Source: Parcubacteria group bacterium RIFCSPLOWO2_01_FULL_48_18 (GTDB lineage: Bacteria; Patescibacteriota; Minisyncoccia; UBA6257; WO2-01-48-18). From it: a DNA stretch of 64,000 nt. The translations under genes were made by a program, and so were the position numbers. The DNA is taken from positions 335 to 64,334 of the forward strand of contig MHXH01000017.1 in assembly GCA_001824435.1 (NCBI GenBank), given 5' to 3'. Shown piece after piece: positions 8,171 to 19,024 of this stretch; the first letter of the stretch is position 1, and each line of letters begins with the position of its first letter. Below the pieces are notes generated by a model. The model searched no databases, was not told where the DNA came from, and worked only from the letters and a program-made list of their open reading frames with translations.

Positions 8171-10197
8171 TAGTGCCCATGCGGTTCCATTGATTCCATA
8201 ACCGCGCTCCCTGCTTCGCCCGGACCTACTTCCACCATAAAACTCGTCAGCACCGACTCTCCTTGGCGGCTGAATTGCGAAAATATCTGGTATATTCCGG
8301 GGAAAGGAAACGTCACGTGCGCTTCTATTTCCGGGCCGAATTTGTCTGAAGCATTCACCGTATGCTTTTCCGCGCGCGTTTGAGGATCGTGAATCTCTCC
8401 ATGCGTATGCAAGAAGTACGAGAGATCCGCGCTGATAATCGCCAAGTGCATCGGCGCGCCTAAATATTCTTCCAAATCAGACACTCCTTTTCCGTCTTTT
8501 TCTATTCTATACCAAATGGATGCGCTTTCTCTGGATCGCAGTCCGGCTGGAGGGGGCCGGAAGAGAACTTGATATCCGCCGAACTCTTTCACGCGCGAGA
8601 GGTCTTTGCGAAAAGTCGGCGTGCCGCGCGCTCCGACATCCACAAAGAATTGTTTGGATACCCCGTGGTTCTCGTGAAGAACATTGACCGAAACAAGATA
8701 GCGCCCTTCTTTAGGAAATGCATAGTTGACAGAAAAGGAGGCCTCGGCAAGCACACGATCGGTAACCAAGCCGAAGTCTTCAGGATGCAGATGCGCAAAC
8801 GTGGAAAAATCTTCATGCACGATAACCGCATGCAAAATGCGCTCGTGTTCGATCTGGAGGTCTTCAAGAGGATTGCCGTCGTCATCTTTGAGGTAGAATG
8901 TAAGCGTTGCTGTCTCTTCGGGGCGCGGAGAAGATGGAGTTTTGAAAAGCAACATCGCGACAGCCGGAACCGACTCTTCTATTTCCGTTTCGAGCGCCTT
9001 GTGAGACAAAAACCAGTGCGGAATCACTTGGATAAACAGAAGTGCGAGCAATACGCTTAATGAAACAGTAAACCACTTTTCAAAACGAAGAATTGCTGCC
9101 TGCGCAGGCCGATCCGCGTCGGGAAGCACGTTAATTTTCTTCTTCTCCCTTTTCCAATGCCACCACATCGGAATTATCCAGAGAGCGACAAGCACCCAAT
9201 TGCCAAGCCAGAGCGGCTGACCGAAAAGACCGGCGCCGGTCGGGGTACCGTGCGTATGAGCCCTTCCGACGTTAAGCCAATTGGCAACAAGGGTCGTAAA
9301 ACGCTCCTCCTGCGTGACTTTTTCCAAGAGAGAATGCTGGCCAGAATACACCCACCAATCATGCGTGAATAATCCCAGTACCAGAATGAATGCCGCGACA
9401 AACACCATGACCCAACCGGTTGCACGCTCAATCTTTTCTTTATGCCTCAAGAGTCCTTGCAGCGCGTTGATCCCCAAAATTCCCAGAAGCGCCAAGAGCA
9501 AAAGCGGTATGATTCTTCCGATGGCATGCACCAAAAAGAGCAGCCAGCCGTAAAATACATCGCCCGAAACCGCTATACGGGTAAGAATTACCGGCGTGGC
9601 CGGATGCGGACACCCCACCCCCACATTGCCCAAAAAAAGGCCGAGAAGAAACGCCTTGATCACGTCGGATTGCTTCTGGATAAACATGGGCGCCGCGCCG
9701 GAAAACGACGGCATACGGAAGCGGACAAGGCCGAGTTCACCCAACGCAAAGACATACGCGAACACACCCGCAACAAGATACAGCCAATTTTTTACTACCT
9801 CAAGCGGAGCGCCAAGCGTACCAATTGCAACCTCTCCCAATACTGCGGCGAGTACGCCGTAGAGGCTCAGCATAACCACAATACCGGCCCCGAATGCAAG
9901 CGCGATGGAAAATCCCTTAACCGGCCCCTTGCCCATCGAAAGCGGCACAATGACAAAAGCCAGGGGCAGCGTGCACGGCAGCACGATCATCGTGAGCCCC
10001 ATCGAAAAACTGAACAGATACCATCCGGCGCCGACCGGATTTTGCGAGCCGAGCGCAAATCCCCATATAAGCCCTCCGCCGATCACAATCAAAAACGCGA
10101 CGGCAACCAGAACCAAGATTGTCCGCGCTTTCTTTTTCTCCGGCAACGCGGCCGCAGAGGCGCTACTTAAAGAATTTGTTTCGTTATTTTCAGCCAT
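8170..10197 (-). CDS. CcdA/DsbD-type transmembrane thiol-disulfide protein fused to His-rich extracytoplasmic domains
   Basis: LPCTLP and VGCPHP transmembrane Cys pair; C-terminal HAVIVH..FAHLHP and MHLAII..FLHTH repeats. Confidence 0.75.
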   Translation of the reverse strand: MAENNETNSLSSASAAALPEKKKARTILVLVAVAFLIVIGGGLIWGFALGSQNPVGAGWYLFSFSMGLTMIVLPCTLPLAFVIVPLSMGKGPVKGFSIALAFGAGIVVMLSLYGVLAAVLGEVAIGTLGAPLEVVKNWLYLVAGVFAYVFALGELGLVRFRMPSFSGAAPMFIQKQSDVIKAFLLGLFLGNVGVGCPHPATPVILTRIAVSGDVFYGWLLFLVHAIGRIIPLLLLALLGILGINALQGLLRHKEKIERATGWVMVFVAAFILVLGLFTHDWWVYSGQHSLLEKVTQEERFTTLVANWLNVGRAHTHGTPTGAGLFGQPLWLGNWVLVALWIIPMWWHWKREKKKINVLPDADRPAQAAILRFEKWFTVSLSVLLALLFIQVIPHWFLSHKALETEIEESVPAVAMLLFKTPSSPRPEETATLTFYLKDDDGNPLEDLQIEHERILHAVIVHEDFSTFAHLHPEDFGLVTDRVLAEASFSVNYAFPKEGRYLVSVNVLHENHGVSKQFFVDVGARGTPTFRKDLSRVKEFGGYQVLFRPPPAGLRSRESASIWYRIEKDGKGVSDLEEYLGAPMHLAIISADLSYFLHTHGEIHDPQTRAEKHTVNASDKFGPEIEAHVTFPFPGIYQIFSQFSRQGESVLTSFMVEVGPGEAGSAVMESMEPHGH

Positions 10198-10220
10198 AAC
10201 TTATATTATAGCAAACAAAT

Positions 10221-10251
10221 AAAAAAGAGGCAGCGGTTCAAGTGCTGCCTC
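10221..10251 (-). terminator. Intrinsic terminator after the acyl-CoA dehydrogenase
   Basis: gaggcagc...gctgcctc hairpin followed by a U tract on the minus strand. Confidence 0.65.
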
Positions 10252-10289
10252 GTGCATAATCACTTCCGGCGCTCCAAGCGGATGCGCTG

Positions 10290-12194
10290 TTAATAGTCAG
10301 CCTTCAATCCTAGCTCGTCTACTATAGAAATAATATCTTCCTTCAGCCAACTATCGTATCTTCCTTTTAGGAAGGATTCTGCAACCTGCCGTTCCGCAGC
10401 ATCATTATTCCGGGCAACGGCTCGGAACAGATTTTGCACGCGAATGCGCGCTTCGCGGCAATAAAAATCCGCGAGAGAAAAAAACCGGTCATCGCGCTGG
10501 CTGGCAGACAAATAGCTGGCATAAGCGCAGGCCGCACTCATCGCAAAAAGCTCCGCGACAATCCAGAACCACCGATTAAACAGCAACTGCTTGTGCACGA
10601 GCCTGTTCTGGTATCTGGCGGAATTCAGAATAATCGAACGCGCCAGCTTACGGCTATACCGCTCCGCAAAACGAGCGTGGCGCCGAAGCGAAGGATGCAC
10701 TGCGCGTCGCAGTTGGCTCCCGCCGAACGCAGGGAAAAACGTACGCGCAACGTCTGCGACAAACGCGAGCGAGGCGATGAATTTCTTTCCAAGATTGCCG
10801 CGGGAAAAAAGCACTTCACCGCGCGCCTTGTATTCGTCCACCCCTTCACGAATGACGTATCCGGCGCTCAAAATCTCGGAAGATCCTTCAAATATTCGAT
10901 TCGGACGGAAACTGCGATGGTATCGTTCCACCGGAATCGGCGGATCGCCGCGCCTGGCAAGCGAACGGGCAGTTTCGTATCCCCTGCCCCCACGAGCCTG
11001 CATCGTATTGTCCACAACTCGCCACCCGCGCTCAGAAGCAAACACTTTACAAACAGCTGCTTCAAGCCGCGCATCTAAATCACGGTCAACGCGGCCGGAC
11101 GCAAACTTTATCATCGCCTCCATCGCAAACGCATCGGCCAGATCGGACGCGAACATTCCGCTTCCAATAAGCTCATGCTTTCCTATTTTTTTTCCCCACT
11201 GCTTGCGCGCGCATCCCCACCAACGATCGATCAGCAGACATTGCTTCACGATCGCGAGACATGCGCCGGCCACGGTGATGCGGCCGGTATTGAGCGCCTC
11301 GAGCGCAATGCGAAAACCGGTACCCTCTTGCTCCCCGATGAGCTGGCTTTTGGAAACATAGACGTCCTTGAATTCCGTAACGCCGTTATACATTCCTCGC
11401 AGTCCCTCAAACTGGCAACGCTGCACCACTCGTACGCCCTCGGCATCCGTGGAAACAACGAATGCGGAAAAAACCGGTTTCTTGGACTCATCCGACAACT
11501 CTTCCGGCTTATCAACGGTCTTCGCAATAACGCAGAGAAGCGGAGACAAAAATCTGCGATCGTCTTTGGGGCCGTTCGTAGTCCACAATTTTTCTCCATT
11601 CAGGCGATAACCGATCACCTCTCCCGAGGCGCTTCGGACACGCAATGCATACATCCCCATGCTTGCCGGATCAGAACCGGCTTCTTTTTCAGTAAACGCG
11701 AAGCCCGAAGGAACCCTCGACACCACGGGCAAATATCTTTGCTTTTGTTCCAATGTGCCGCAGTGCTTGATCGGGCCGCCGACACCGATGGTATTAGCCG
11801 CAGACAAGGACGCAGCAGTGCCTCCGCACCACGATGCCACAAGACTCATTACCTTCACATAGCTCGTCTGCGACAATTGCAGACCGCCATATTCCTCGGG
11901 CAGCTTCAGCCCGAAAAAGCCAAACCGGCAAAGCTGTTCCAGCGCCTCTCCGGGCACTTCATCGGTCCTGTCCACTTCTTCGGGGTCAATGCAAGTACGC
12001 AGGAGGCCCTTAAACTCTTGAGCGATGCGCTCGGCTTTATCCTGCTCTTCATGAGATGATTCGTGCCATGGCGTCAAAAGGCTAAAAGACGCCTTCCCGC
12101 GAAATAAATCCGCAACAAACCCTTCGTGCCGACGCCTATCGCGCTCGGCTTCAGCGATTTGAACACCCTTTCCCAGCTTCTTTATCAGGTCCAT
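10290..12194 (-). CDS. Acyl-CoA dehydrogenase (VLCAD/ACAD9-like, long C-terminal extension)
   Basis: FAFTEKEAGSD, LNGEKLWTTNG, LNTGRI, QARGGRGY and RIFEGSSEI motifs. Start at MDLIKK. Confidence 0.9.
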   Translation of the reverse strand: MDLIKKLGKGVQIAEAERDRRRHEGFVADLFRGKASFSLLTPWHESSHEEQDKAERIAQEFKGLLRTCIDPEEVDRTDEVPGEALEQLCRFGFFGLKLPEEYGGLQLSQTSYVKVMSLVASWCGGTAASLSAANTIGVGGPIKHCGTLEQKQRYLPVVSRVPSGFAFTEKEAGSDPASMGMYALRVRSASGEVIGYRLNGEKLWTTNGPKDDRRFLSPLLCVIAKTVDKPEELSDESKKPVFSAFVVSTDAEGVRVVQRCQFEGLRGMYNGVTEFKDVYVSKSQLIGEQEGTGFRIALEALNTGRITVAGACLAIVKQCLLIDRWWGCARKQWGKKIGKHELIGSGMFASDLADAFAMEAMIKFASGRVDRDLDARLEAAVCKVFASERGWRVVDNTMQARGGRGYETARSLARRGDPPIPVERYHRSFRPNRIFEGSSEILSAGYVIREGVDEYKARGEVLFSRGNLGKKFIASLAFVADVARTFFPAFGGSQLRRAVHPSLRRHARFAERYSRKLARSIILNSARYQNRLVHKQLLFNRWFWIVAELFAMSAACAYASYLSASQRDDRFFSLADFYCREARIRVQNLFRAVARNNDAAERQVAESFLKGRYDSWLKEDIISIVDELGLKADY

Positions 12195-12369
12195 GTACCG
12201 CGTCTCCCATTGGAAGGAGTTTTCAAAGAAGAAACCATTTCTATATTCACACGGACAGCGCGGGAAAGTCAATATATTGTATAATGCAACCCCTTGTCAA
12301 TGGATAAATCTCATGCTACCATACTACCAGCTCATCACATCTTGCCGTTGTACGAAGGAGACAAAAACC

Positions 12370-13254
12370 ATGTCAGGCAAAGTCGTGTTTCTACCACAAG
12401 ACGAAACGTGTATTCCTGCCCTCATCGACAGGCCGGAACGGATAAAGGCGCTGCTGATTTCAACCGCCCATCTGCCTACCGGACAACAGTGGGAAGACCA
12501 TAAACCAATTCAGCCGCTCGAAGAGGAAACTGTTTTTTTAAGCCGGCTCCAAAACGCCCGTAACATAACAGCTGAAAGCCTCAGGTGTTTCAAAAAGCCG
12601 TATTGGCTCGATCGCATCGCCGAGCCCTATCTTAGCGTCTTTGCCGGCGGATTCTATTCTTTCATTATTCTTTCAATCTTAGGAAGACTCATACCAAGTA
12701 TTTCCTTATATGATACAAGGCTTGGTCTGGTTTGTTTTTTGGCGAGCGCCCTTATCGGGGCAGGAGTTTTTCAATATCTCTTTAGAAGAAAAAGAAAGAT
12801 TGACATTGAAAGCACAGTTAAACAGCTTAAATTCATCGACGCCCAAGTCCATCCGGACACGCTCGAAGCAATTAATACACGCATCGTACGGCACAATGAG
12901 GCGGTCAAGCTCCTGTGGCGCGTAGCCGCATGGACTGCTGCCAAACAACGAAGCGGGGAAGAAGTTCCTCTTACCGTATCCCGCTATATCGAAGAGCGCT
13001 CACGCGAGCTGGAAGATCGAAGGGGACACCTCATTAAAAATGCAATCGCTATTGCTCGCATCTCCACAGATATTACCGAGGAACTGAACCAGCTACCGCC
13101 CGCCACAGATGAATTGGTCCAAGCTCTCTTTAGCGATGACCTGGAACTGGAACAGATAATAAAAGCGAATATCGAGGCCCACGCGGAGGTGGATCGCCTG
13201 CTTGAAGAAAAAGGACCGTTCTCCCAAATGCCATCACAAATCACTCCTTCATAA
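12370..13254 (+). CDS. Hypothetical membrane protein (2 TM plus coiled coil)
   Basis: ATG preceded by AAGGAG; two hydrophobic helices. Confidence 0.7.
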   Translation: MSGKVVFLPQDETCIPALIDRPERIKALLISTAHLPTGQQWEDHKPIQPLEEETVFLSRLQNARNITAESLRCFKKPYWLDRIAEPYLSVFAGGFYSFIILSILGRLIPSISLYDTRLGLVCFLASALIGAGVFQYLFRRKRKIDIESTVKQLKFIDAQVHPDTLEAINTRIVRHNEAVKLLWRVAAWTAAKQRSGEEVPLTVSRYIEERSRELEDRRGHLIKNAIAIARISTDITEELNQLPPATDELVQALFSDDLELEQIIKANIEAHAEVDRLLEEKGPFSQMPSQITPS

Positions 13255-13307
13255 AAAAATAAATCTCTGCGCGCGCGTCGCGGGGATTTTCGTTTTAGCG
13301 ACGGTCA

Positions 13308-15428
13308 TCATCTCTTCTTCCCTTCTATAATCAACTGCGCGATGCTCTGCGGCACCTCCTCGTAATGATCAAACTCCATTGTAAAACTGGCTCGCCCTTC
13401 GGTAAGAGACCTCAAGGTCGTCGCGTAACCGAACATTTCAGACAGCGGCACTTTCACGTTGATGACTTTTACGTCCGGCGGCCGATCATCCATGGATTCG
13501 ATTCTGCCGCGCTTTGAGCTCAAGTCTCCTGTCGCATCTCCCAAAAACTGCTGCGGGGTAATCACTTGCACCCTCATGATGGGCTCAAGCAATACCGGAT
13601 GCGCCATTCTGACCGCTTCTTGAAATGCCATTGAACCGGCGATTTTGAACGCAAACTCCGAAGAGTCGACTTCATGAAACGAACCGTCATAGAGCGCAAC
13701 CGCAACATCAACCACAGGATATCCGGCTACAATACCTTTATCGATCGCTTCTTTCACTCCTTTTTCGACTGCTGGAATATATTCTTGCGGAATAATGCCG
13801 CCTTTAATCTCGTCGATAAACTCAAAGCCGCTTCCGCGCTCTCTCGGTTCAACCCGGATTCGCACATGGCCGTACTGTCCCCGGCCGCCCGACTGCCGGA
13901 TATACTTCCCTTCTGACTCTGCGGTTTTAAGAATCGTTTCTTTGTACGCCACTTGCGGCCGCCCCACATTTGCTTCTACCTTAAATTCGCGCTTCATCCG
14001 ATCTACGATAATTTCAAGATGCAGCTCTCCCATGCCAGAAATAATCATCTCGCCGGTTTCTTGATCCGCGCCCATACGGAATGTCGGGTCCTCTTCGGAT
14101 AACCTTCGCAGGGCCAAACTCATTTTTTCCTGATCCGCCTTTGTTTTCGGTTCGATACGCACGGAGATAACCGGTTCGGGGAATATAATTTTTTCAAGAA
14201 TGATCGGATGCTCCGGATCGCAGAGCGTATCGCCCGTCGAAGTGTTTTTAAGGCCAACGATGGCGCCGATGTTTCCCGTTTGAATTTCGTCAAGCTCCTC
14301 CCTGTGATTCGCGTGCATGCGCAAGATGCGCCCCACCCGCTCTTGGCTGTTCTTTGACGAGTTGAAAATATACGTTCCTTTTTTCAAGACGCCCGCATAC
14401 ACCCGAAAATACGTAAGAGATCCGACAAAGGGATCGGTTGCGATTTTAAACGCCAAGGCGGAAAACGGTTCTCCGTCATCTGCCCTGCGCTCGAGTTCGG
14501 CATTGGTTTTTGGATCAAAGCCTTTCACCGGCGGCAAGTCCAACGGCGAAGGCAAATAATCAATGACGGCGTCAAGCGCGAGCTGAACTCCTTTATTCTT
14601 CAGGGCAGATCCGCACAGTACCGGTACCAGCTTATTTTCAAGCGTTGCCTTCCGCAGAATTCCTCGGAGCCGCTCCTCGCTTACTTCTTTCCCCTCAAAA
14701 TAATCCGACATCGCCGCATCGTCATGTTCCACAATCTTCTCAACCAATGACCGGCGGCACCCTTCTGCTGCCGATTTTAGGTTATCGGAAACCTCGGAAA
14801 CGACAATCGTATTTCCCTGATCGCCTTCGAATCGAATCGCCTTCATCCGCAGCAAATCAACAACGCCCTCGAATGAACTCTCGATGCCTATAGGAATTTG
14901 CACCAGAACCGCATTCGGGGTCAATCGCTCAAGGATAGAACGAAAGCTTTTTTCAAAGCTCGCGCCCATACGGTCAAGTTTATTGATAAAACAGACGCGC
15001 GGCACCTTGTAATCGTCCGCATAGTGCCAATTGGTTTCAGACTGCGGTTCAACTCCGGCAACACCGTCAAACACCACCACTGCTCCGTCAAGGACGCGAA
15101 GCGATCTTTTCACCTCAACCGTAAAATCGATGTGCCCCGGCGTATCAATAATATTGATGCGGTGTTCGTTTTCTGTTTTTGCCCCTTCGGGGTCTGAAAG
15201 ATAGCTCCTGCACCAAAAACACGTGGTGGCTGCCGCCGTAATCGTAATACCGCGCTCGCGTTCCTGCTCCATCCAATCCATGACCGTATCCCCCTCATGC
15301 ACCTCGCCGATCTTATGCGAAACGCCGGTATAAAAAAGTACCCGCTCAGTGACGGTTGTTTTACCCGCATCGATATGCGCGATGATTCCAATGTTCCGAG
15401 TCCTTTCTAAAGGATATTCCCTAGCCAT
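13308..15428 (-). CDS. fusA: Elongation factor G
   Basis: [26 protein letters not shown] and SGMGELHL motifs. Confidence 0.99.
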   Translation of the reverse strand: MAREYPLERTRNIGIIAHIDAGKTTVTERVLFYTGVSHKIGEVHEGDTVMDWMEQERERGITITAAATTCFWCRSYLSDPEGAKTENEHRINIIDTPGHIDFTVEVKRSLRVLDGAVVVFDGVAGVEPQSETNWHYADDYKVPRVCFINKLDRMGASFEKSFRSILERLTPNAVLVQIPIGIESSFEGVVDLLRMKAIRFEGDQGNTIVVSEVSDNLKSAAEGCRRSLVEKIVEHDDAAMSDYFEGKEVSEERLRGILRKATLENKLVPVLCGSALKNKGVQLALDAVIDYLPSPLDLPPVKGFDPKTNAELERRADDGEPFSALAFKIATDPFVGSLTYFRVYAGVLKKGTYIFNSSKNSQERVGRILRMHANHREELDEIQTGNIGAIVGLKNTSTGDTLCDPEHPIILEKIIFPEPVISVRIEPKTKADQEKMSLALRRLSEEDPTFRMGADQETGEMIISGMGELHLEIIVDRMKREFKVEANVGRPQVAYKETILKTAESEGKYIRQSGGRGQYGHVRIRVEPRERGSGFEFIDEIKGGIIPQEYIPAVEKGVKEAIDKGIVAGYPVVDVAVALYDGSFHEVDSSEFAFKIAGSMAFQEAVRMAHPVLLEPIMRVQVITPQQFLGDATGDLSSKRGRIESMDDRPPDVKVINVKVPLSEMFGYATTLRSLTEGRASFTMEFDHYEEVPQSIAQLIIEGKKR

Positions 15429-15437
15429 GATTTACTT

Positions 15438-15618
15438 AGGGCTTTTCCACAAATAACTCCCCCCATCTCGCTTCCATCTTCATCCCATCTTCGGCTTTTC
15501 CTCAATCGCAGAATCTTCACCGTAGCTCTGCTACGCCTCAGATTCCGCTCAATCGGAAAAACCGAATCTGGGACAAATCTGAAACCGAATCTGAGGAATT
15601 TATTTGTGGAAAAGCCCT
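15438..15618. mobile_element. MITE-like element with 19-bp terminal inverted repeats
   Basis: agggcttttccacaaataa ... ttatttgtggaaaagccct with an internal palindrome cgtagctctgctacg. Confidence 0.6.
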
Positions 15619-15847
15619 TACTCATCATAAACACAAAAACATCCCAGTGGATGCTCCTGTCCTAATACATAAATGTAATTATCTCCCAAATCCTATTTCA
15701 TTTCAAGCCCGCGTACGCGCGGGATTTTTGATTCAATAGCCCGATTTCTGTCTAATTACCTGCTTCGTCCAAAAATTTTTCCGCTTCCTCGACTACGGTC
15801 TGATACTCCCGCCACTCGGCACTTCCCTCAACGTGTTCACGCTGCAA

Positions 15848-16744
15848 TTATTTATGCATTTTCAAATTCTTACGCACACTCGATAACTCCTTCTTGCGCT
15901 TTCGTTCCTCTAGCCTGACGCGTAACCCATTCAAAAACTCTTGAGCATAAGCGGCAAGCAACTCGTCTTCTGATCGGGCGCCCCCCGTTTGACCTACAGT
16001 GCTTTGTGACGCAGAATCCTTTGTTTTTTTATAATCGGGAAGGAACTGTGCCAGGGCCCGAGCCTCGTCGCATACGGTCCGGAGCGGATCGAGTTCCCGC
16101 TTGACCGCTCCAAGCTGCTGCTGCAATGCCGACGGCGGCTCTTTTAACAAATGCTTTGGCACCCTAGTTTCCTGCGCCTTACGCAATTGCTCTTTCAAGT
16201 CTTCCCGCTTCGCCTCAAGCTCCCGCACCCGCTTTACGGCTTCCTTAAACTTGTCCAACGGGGCGAAAAACTCATTGAGGATGACTTGGGGATCGAAAAA
16301 GGGATTCTGGGACCGGGAAACTTCGCTCCGCCTGAATTCCTTTAGCCTCCGATTTCTTTCTTCGGCCGCAAAACGCTCGATGATCTGATACAAAATTGCG
16401 TTTCGGGACATATCGCTATTCGCACGGCCGAAAGAATCAACCATGCTCTGTATTTTGGAGTGAGGGTTTTTGATGTTTTCAGGCCTTACGTTGCGTCCCA
16501 TATCCTGCTTTAGCGATCGCACATAATCTGACTGGTGCCAACTAGAAACCTCGCCTTCGGTAAGTCGTTCCAGGCCGTTTGTAAAGTTGGAAAGCATGCG
16601 GTTTAAAAACGCCTCGGACTCCAAATACCGCGACATTGCCGCAGCCTCCGGGGTCATTTCTCGTCCAACCTCTTCCGGCGCCGGAAACTGCTCTGCAGCG
16701 CCCTCTAAAAACTGCTCATTGTTTAGACTAGATTCGTCTTTCAT
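15848..16744 (-). CDS. Hypothetical charged coiled-coil protein
   Basis: 298-aa ORF, E/R/K rich, no recognised motif. Confidence 0.7.
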   Translation of the reverse strand: MKDESSLNNEQFLEGAAEQFPAPEEVGREMTPEAAAMSRYLESEAFLNRMLSNFTNGLERLTEGEVSSWHQSDYVRSLKQDMGRNVRPENIKNPHSKIQSMVDSFGRANSDMSRNAILYQIIERFAAEERNRRLKEFRRSEVSRSQNPFFDPQVILNEFFAPLDKFKEAVKRVRELEAKREDLKEQLRKAQETRVPKHLLKEPPSALQQQLGAVKRELDPLRTVCDEARALAQFLPDYKKTKDSASQSTVGQTGGARSEDELLAAYAQEFLNGLRVRLEERKRKKELSSVRKNLKMHK

Positions 16745-16759
16745 GCTTTTTCAATTAAT

Positions 16760-17542
16760 TCAACCGCGGCCCCTGTCCTTCATTTTCTTTTCCGGTTTCG
16801 GTTTCTGATTCGGATCGAATTCCCTTGCCCAATATTTTCCTTCTGGATCTCCCGTAGCTTCTATATCTGCCATAAGCTCTTTAAGCCGTTCTCCTCCTTC
16901 GCGCACAAGCCGCTCATCTTCTTCGCGCAACTGCTTCTTATCGGGCGTAAGTTCAAACTGGCTCACATCGCGAAGCAATTCTTCGGTCCGCGCATCTAAA
17001 ATGTCTGGGAATTTACTACTCTTCGGCCTCGTGGATTCTCCTGTTAATTCATTCATTTGGGTATATCTACTTTTCATTTGGTCATATCTAAATGGCCGGC
17101 GCTTCTTAATATCAATCCCTCCTTTTGCCATTGTGCGCAATGAATCGATGTACGCATACGAGAGCGCCGTTGAAGGGCGTAACATATCCTCGCCAACACC
17201 TGCTGTTATCAAATAATCCCTCAAGTGCACTACCGCCTCCACAATGTCACGCCTTATTACAAATTGCTGTATGGCGTCCAATTTCGTCCTGTCAAATTGC
17301 ATCGGTTCTTTTCCGCCCTCGCCGCGGCTTAACTGATCCATCAACCCACGCAACCCGAGCCAGAGTTGCACGTCAATCGTATTATCCGCTTCTTTCCATT
17401 GTAAAATCTGTTCCTTTGTCCAAAAATTTTGTCCTCGCTCAGGAGAACGATCAAGCACCCGAAAAAATGCCCGCACTTCAGGAGGAATCTCCGGCTCGGC
17501 CTCATGAGATTCTTTTTTCGATTGTTCAAATTCGTTTGCCAA
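16760..17542 (-). CDS. Hypothetical protein
   Basis: Long ORF; probable TTG start (LANEFEQ) just after the upstream stop. Confidence 0.65.
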   Translation of the reverse strand: MANEFEQSKKESHEAEPEIPPEVRAFFRVLDRSPERGQNFWTKEQILQWKEADNTIDVQLWLGLRGLMDQLSRGEGGKEPMQFDRTKLDAIQQFVIRRDIVEAVVHLRDYLITAGVGEDMLRPSTALSYAYIDSLRTMAKGGIDIKKRRPFRYDQMKSRYTQMNELTGESTRPKSSKFPDILDARTEELLRDVSQFELTPDKKQLREEDERLVREGGERLKELMADIEATGDPEGKYWAREFDPNQKPKPEKKMKDRGRG

Positions 17543-17552
17543 ATGTATGACC

Positions 17553-18308
17553 TTAGCTACCCCAAACTTTTTCCACGGCTCTTTCCGCAAGCAAAAACGC
17601 ATCCTCCCTCGTCTTGTTTATTTGCTGCTGGATAACCGCCCTCTCTTTACCGCTAAGGGAGGTTTTCTTCTCCAGGCCGGTAAGGCCTTCTCCAGTTACT
17701 TTTCTCAGCACGCCCGCAAGTTCTGCCGACATCAAATCGAGTTGCGGAATATCTTCATTGCCGTCAAAGGCTACAACTACATTATGCCTATGGTCTTGGC
17801 TGTGCTCATTAACTGCTTTAAAAAGCTTCGCCCAGGAAAGCCGTGAAACGGGAACGGCCAAGTCAGCTATCACCTTATTTTCTTCGAGAAAGCGCAACAA
17901 ACCTTTTACGGTTTCAGCGCTCCCGGCATATTCGCTTACCAAAAGCGTTCTCCGGCGCGAAGCATCCAGTTTATCAAGATAATCTCTCGCCTCTTCCAAA
18001 AATTCCGGAGACGGTTTCTTGTAAGGTTTTTTCGGCTGTTTGGAAAAACTAAAACCGGGGATAAACACTAATTTCGGCGCGCGGCCCCTGCGAAGCTCCA
18101 TAACACGGTGCAGCGCCAACGAAGGAATGCGACCGCCAATATCATCGCTGACCAAAAGAGAATAGACGCCATCATCGATCTCCCTTTTAAGCATATCAAC
18201 CAGCTTGAGAAAAAACTTCTCGTACTCTCTGATCGCTTCAAGAGAATACTCTCTTCGTGACGACTCTGCGGCTAAAAAATGTTCTGTGCTCTTACCCTCC
18301 TGTTTCAT
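17553..18308 (-). CDS. Hypothetical protein with a phosphoribosyltransferase-like fold
   Basis: LLVSDDIGGRIP and TLLVSEYAGSAETV resemble the PRTase PPi loop and PRPP-binding loop. Confidence 0.55.
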   Translation of the reverse strand: MKQEGKSTEHFLAAESSRREYSLEAIREYEKFFLKLVDMLKREIDDGVYSLLVSDDIGGRIPSLALHRVMELRRGRAPKLVFIPGFSFSKQPKKPYKKPSPEFLEEARDYLDKLDASRRRTLLVSEYAGSAETVKGLLRFLEENKVIADLAVPVSRLSWAKLFKAVNEHSQDHRHNVVVAFDGNEDIPQLDLMSAELAGVLRKVTGEGLTGLEKKTSLSGKERAVIQQQINKTREDAFLLAERAVEKVWGS

Positions 18309-18358
18309 AATGCTTCTTCCATAACTGCTTTTTCTTGCAAAGCGCGGCAGGAATGAAA

Positions 18359-18553
18359 TTACCAAGAAAAATGTGCAACCCCTCGATGCCGCTCGGGGTG
18401 CTCCGTTTCGCAGCCGTAAAATCTTCTCCCTCGACAAGCTCGGGATCGAAATTACCAGGCGAAGTGCGCTTATCCATTCGCTCCGCTCAGGATGCTGCAT
18501 TTCGCAGCTGGAAAATCTTCGCCTACGGCTTGATTTTACCAGGCGAAGTGCGC
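18359..18553 (-). repeat. Tandem degenerate units each containing a copy of the rpsG 3' end
   Basis: ttaccaggcgaagtgcgc at 18536-18553 (native) and 18452-18469; diverged copy at 18359-18376 encoding AHFSW*. Confidence 0.75.
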
Positions 18554-19003
18554 AAATGCCCTATTTGCTTCGGCCATGCGGTGCGTATCCAGCTTCTTTT
18601 TGATGGCGACGCCTTCGTTTTTGGATGCGGCAATTATTTCTTCGGCCAGTTTTTCCGCCATCGGCCTCCCTTTCTTGCTTCGCGCGGCCAAAAGAATCCA
18701 GCGGCATGCAAGCATAAATTTCCGGTCACCGCGCACCTCGCGGGGCACCTGGTAATTGGCGCCTCCCACGCGGCGGGAAACAACCTCAAGGACGGGCGAG
18801 GCATTCGCGATGGCCTTATCAAACACCGCGAGCGGCTCTTCATTCGTTTTTTGTTTCACGAGATTCATCGTCCGGTACATCACCCGTTCGGCAACCGATT
18901 TTTCTCCTTTCCGCATCAAATAATTCACGAACCGTGTCATCGCAACGCTGTTGTAGGCCAAATCCGGCTGAAAATCTCTTTTATAATTTTTCTTTTTTCT
19001 CAT
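18536..19003 (-). CDS. rpsG: 30S ribosomal protein S7
   Basis: SRRVGGANYQVP and HRMAEANRAFAH. Confidence 0.99.
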   Translation of the reverse strand: MRKKKNYKRDFQPDLAYNSVAMTRFVNYLMRKGEKSVAERVMYRTMNLVKQKTNEEPLAVFDKAIANASPVLEVVSRRVGGANYQVPREVRGDRKFMLACRWILLAARSKKGRPMAEKLAEEIIAASKNEGVAIKKKLDTHRMAEANRAFAHFAW

Positions 19004-19024
19004 GTGCCAAATTTGTCTAAATTT

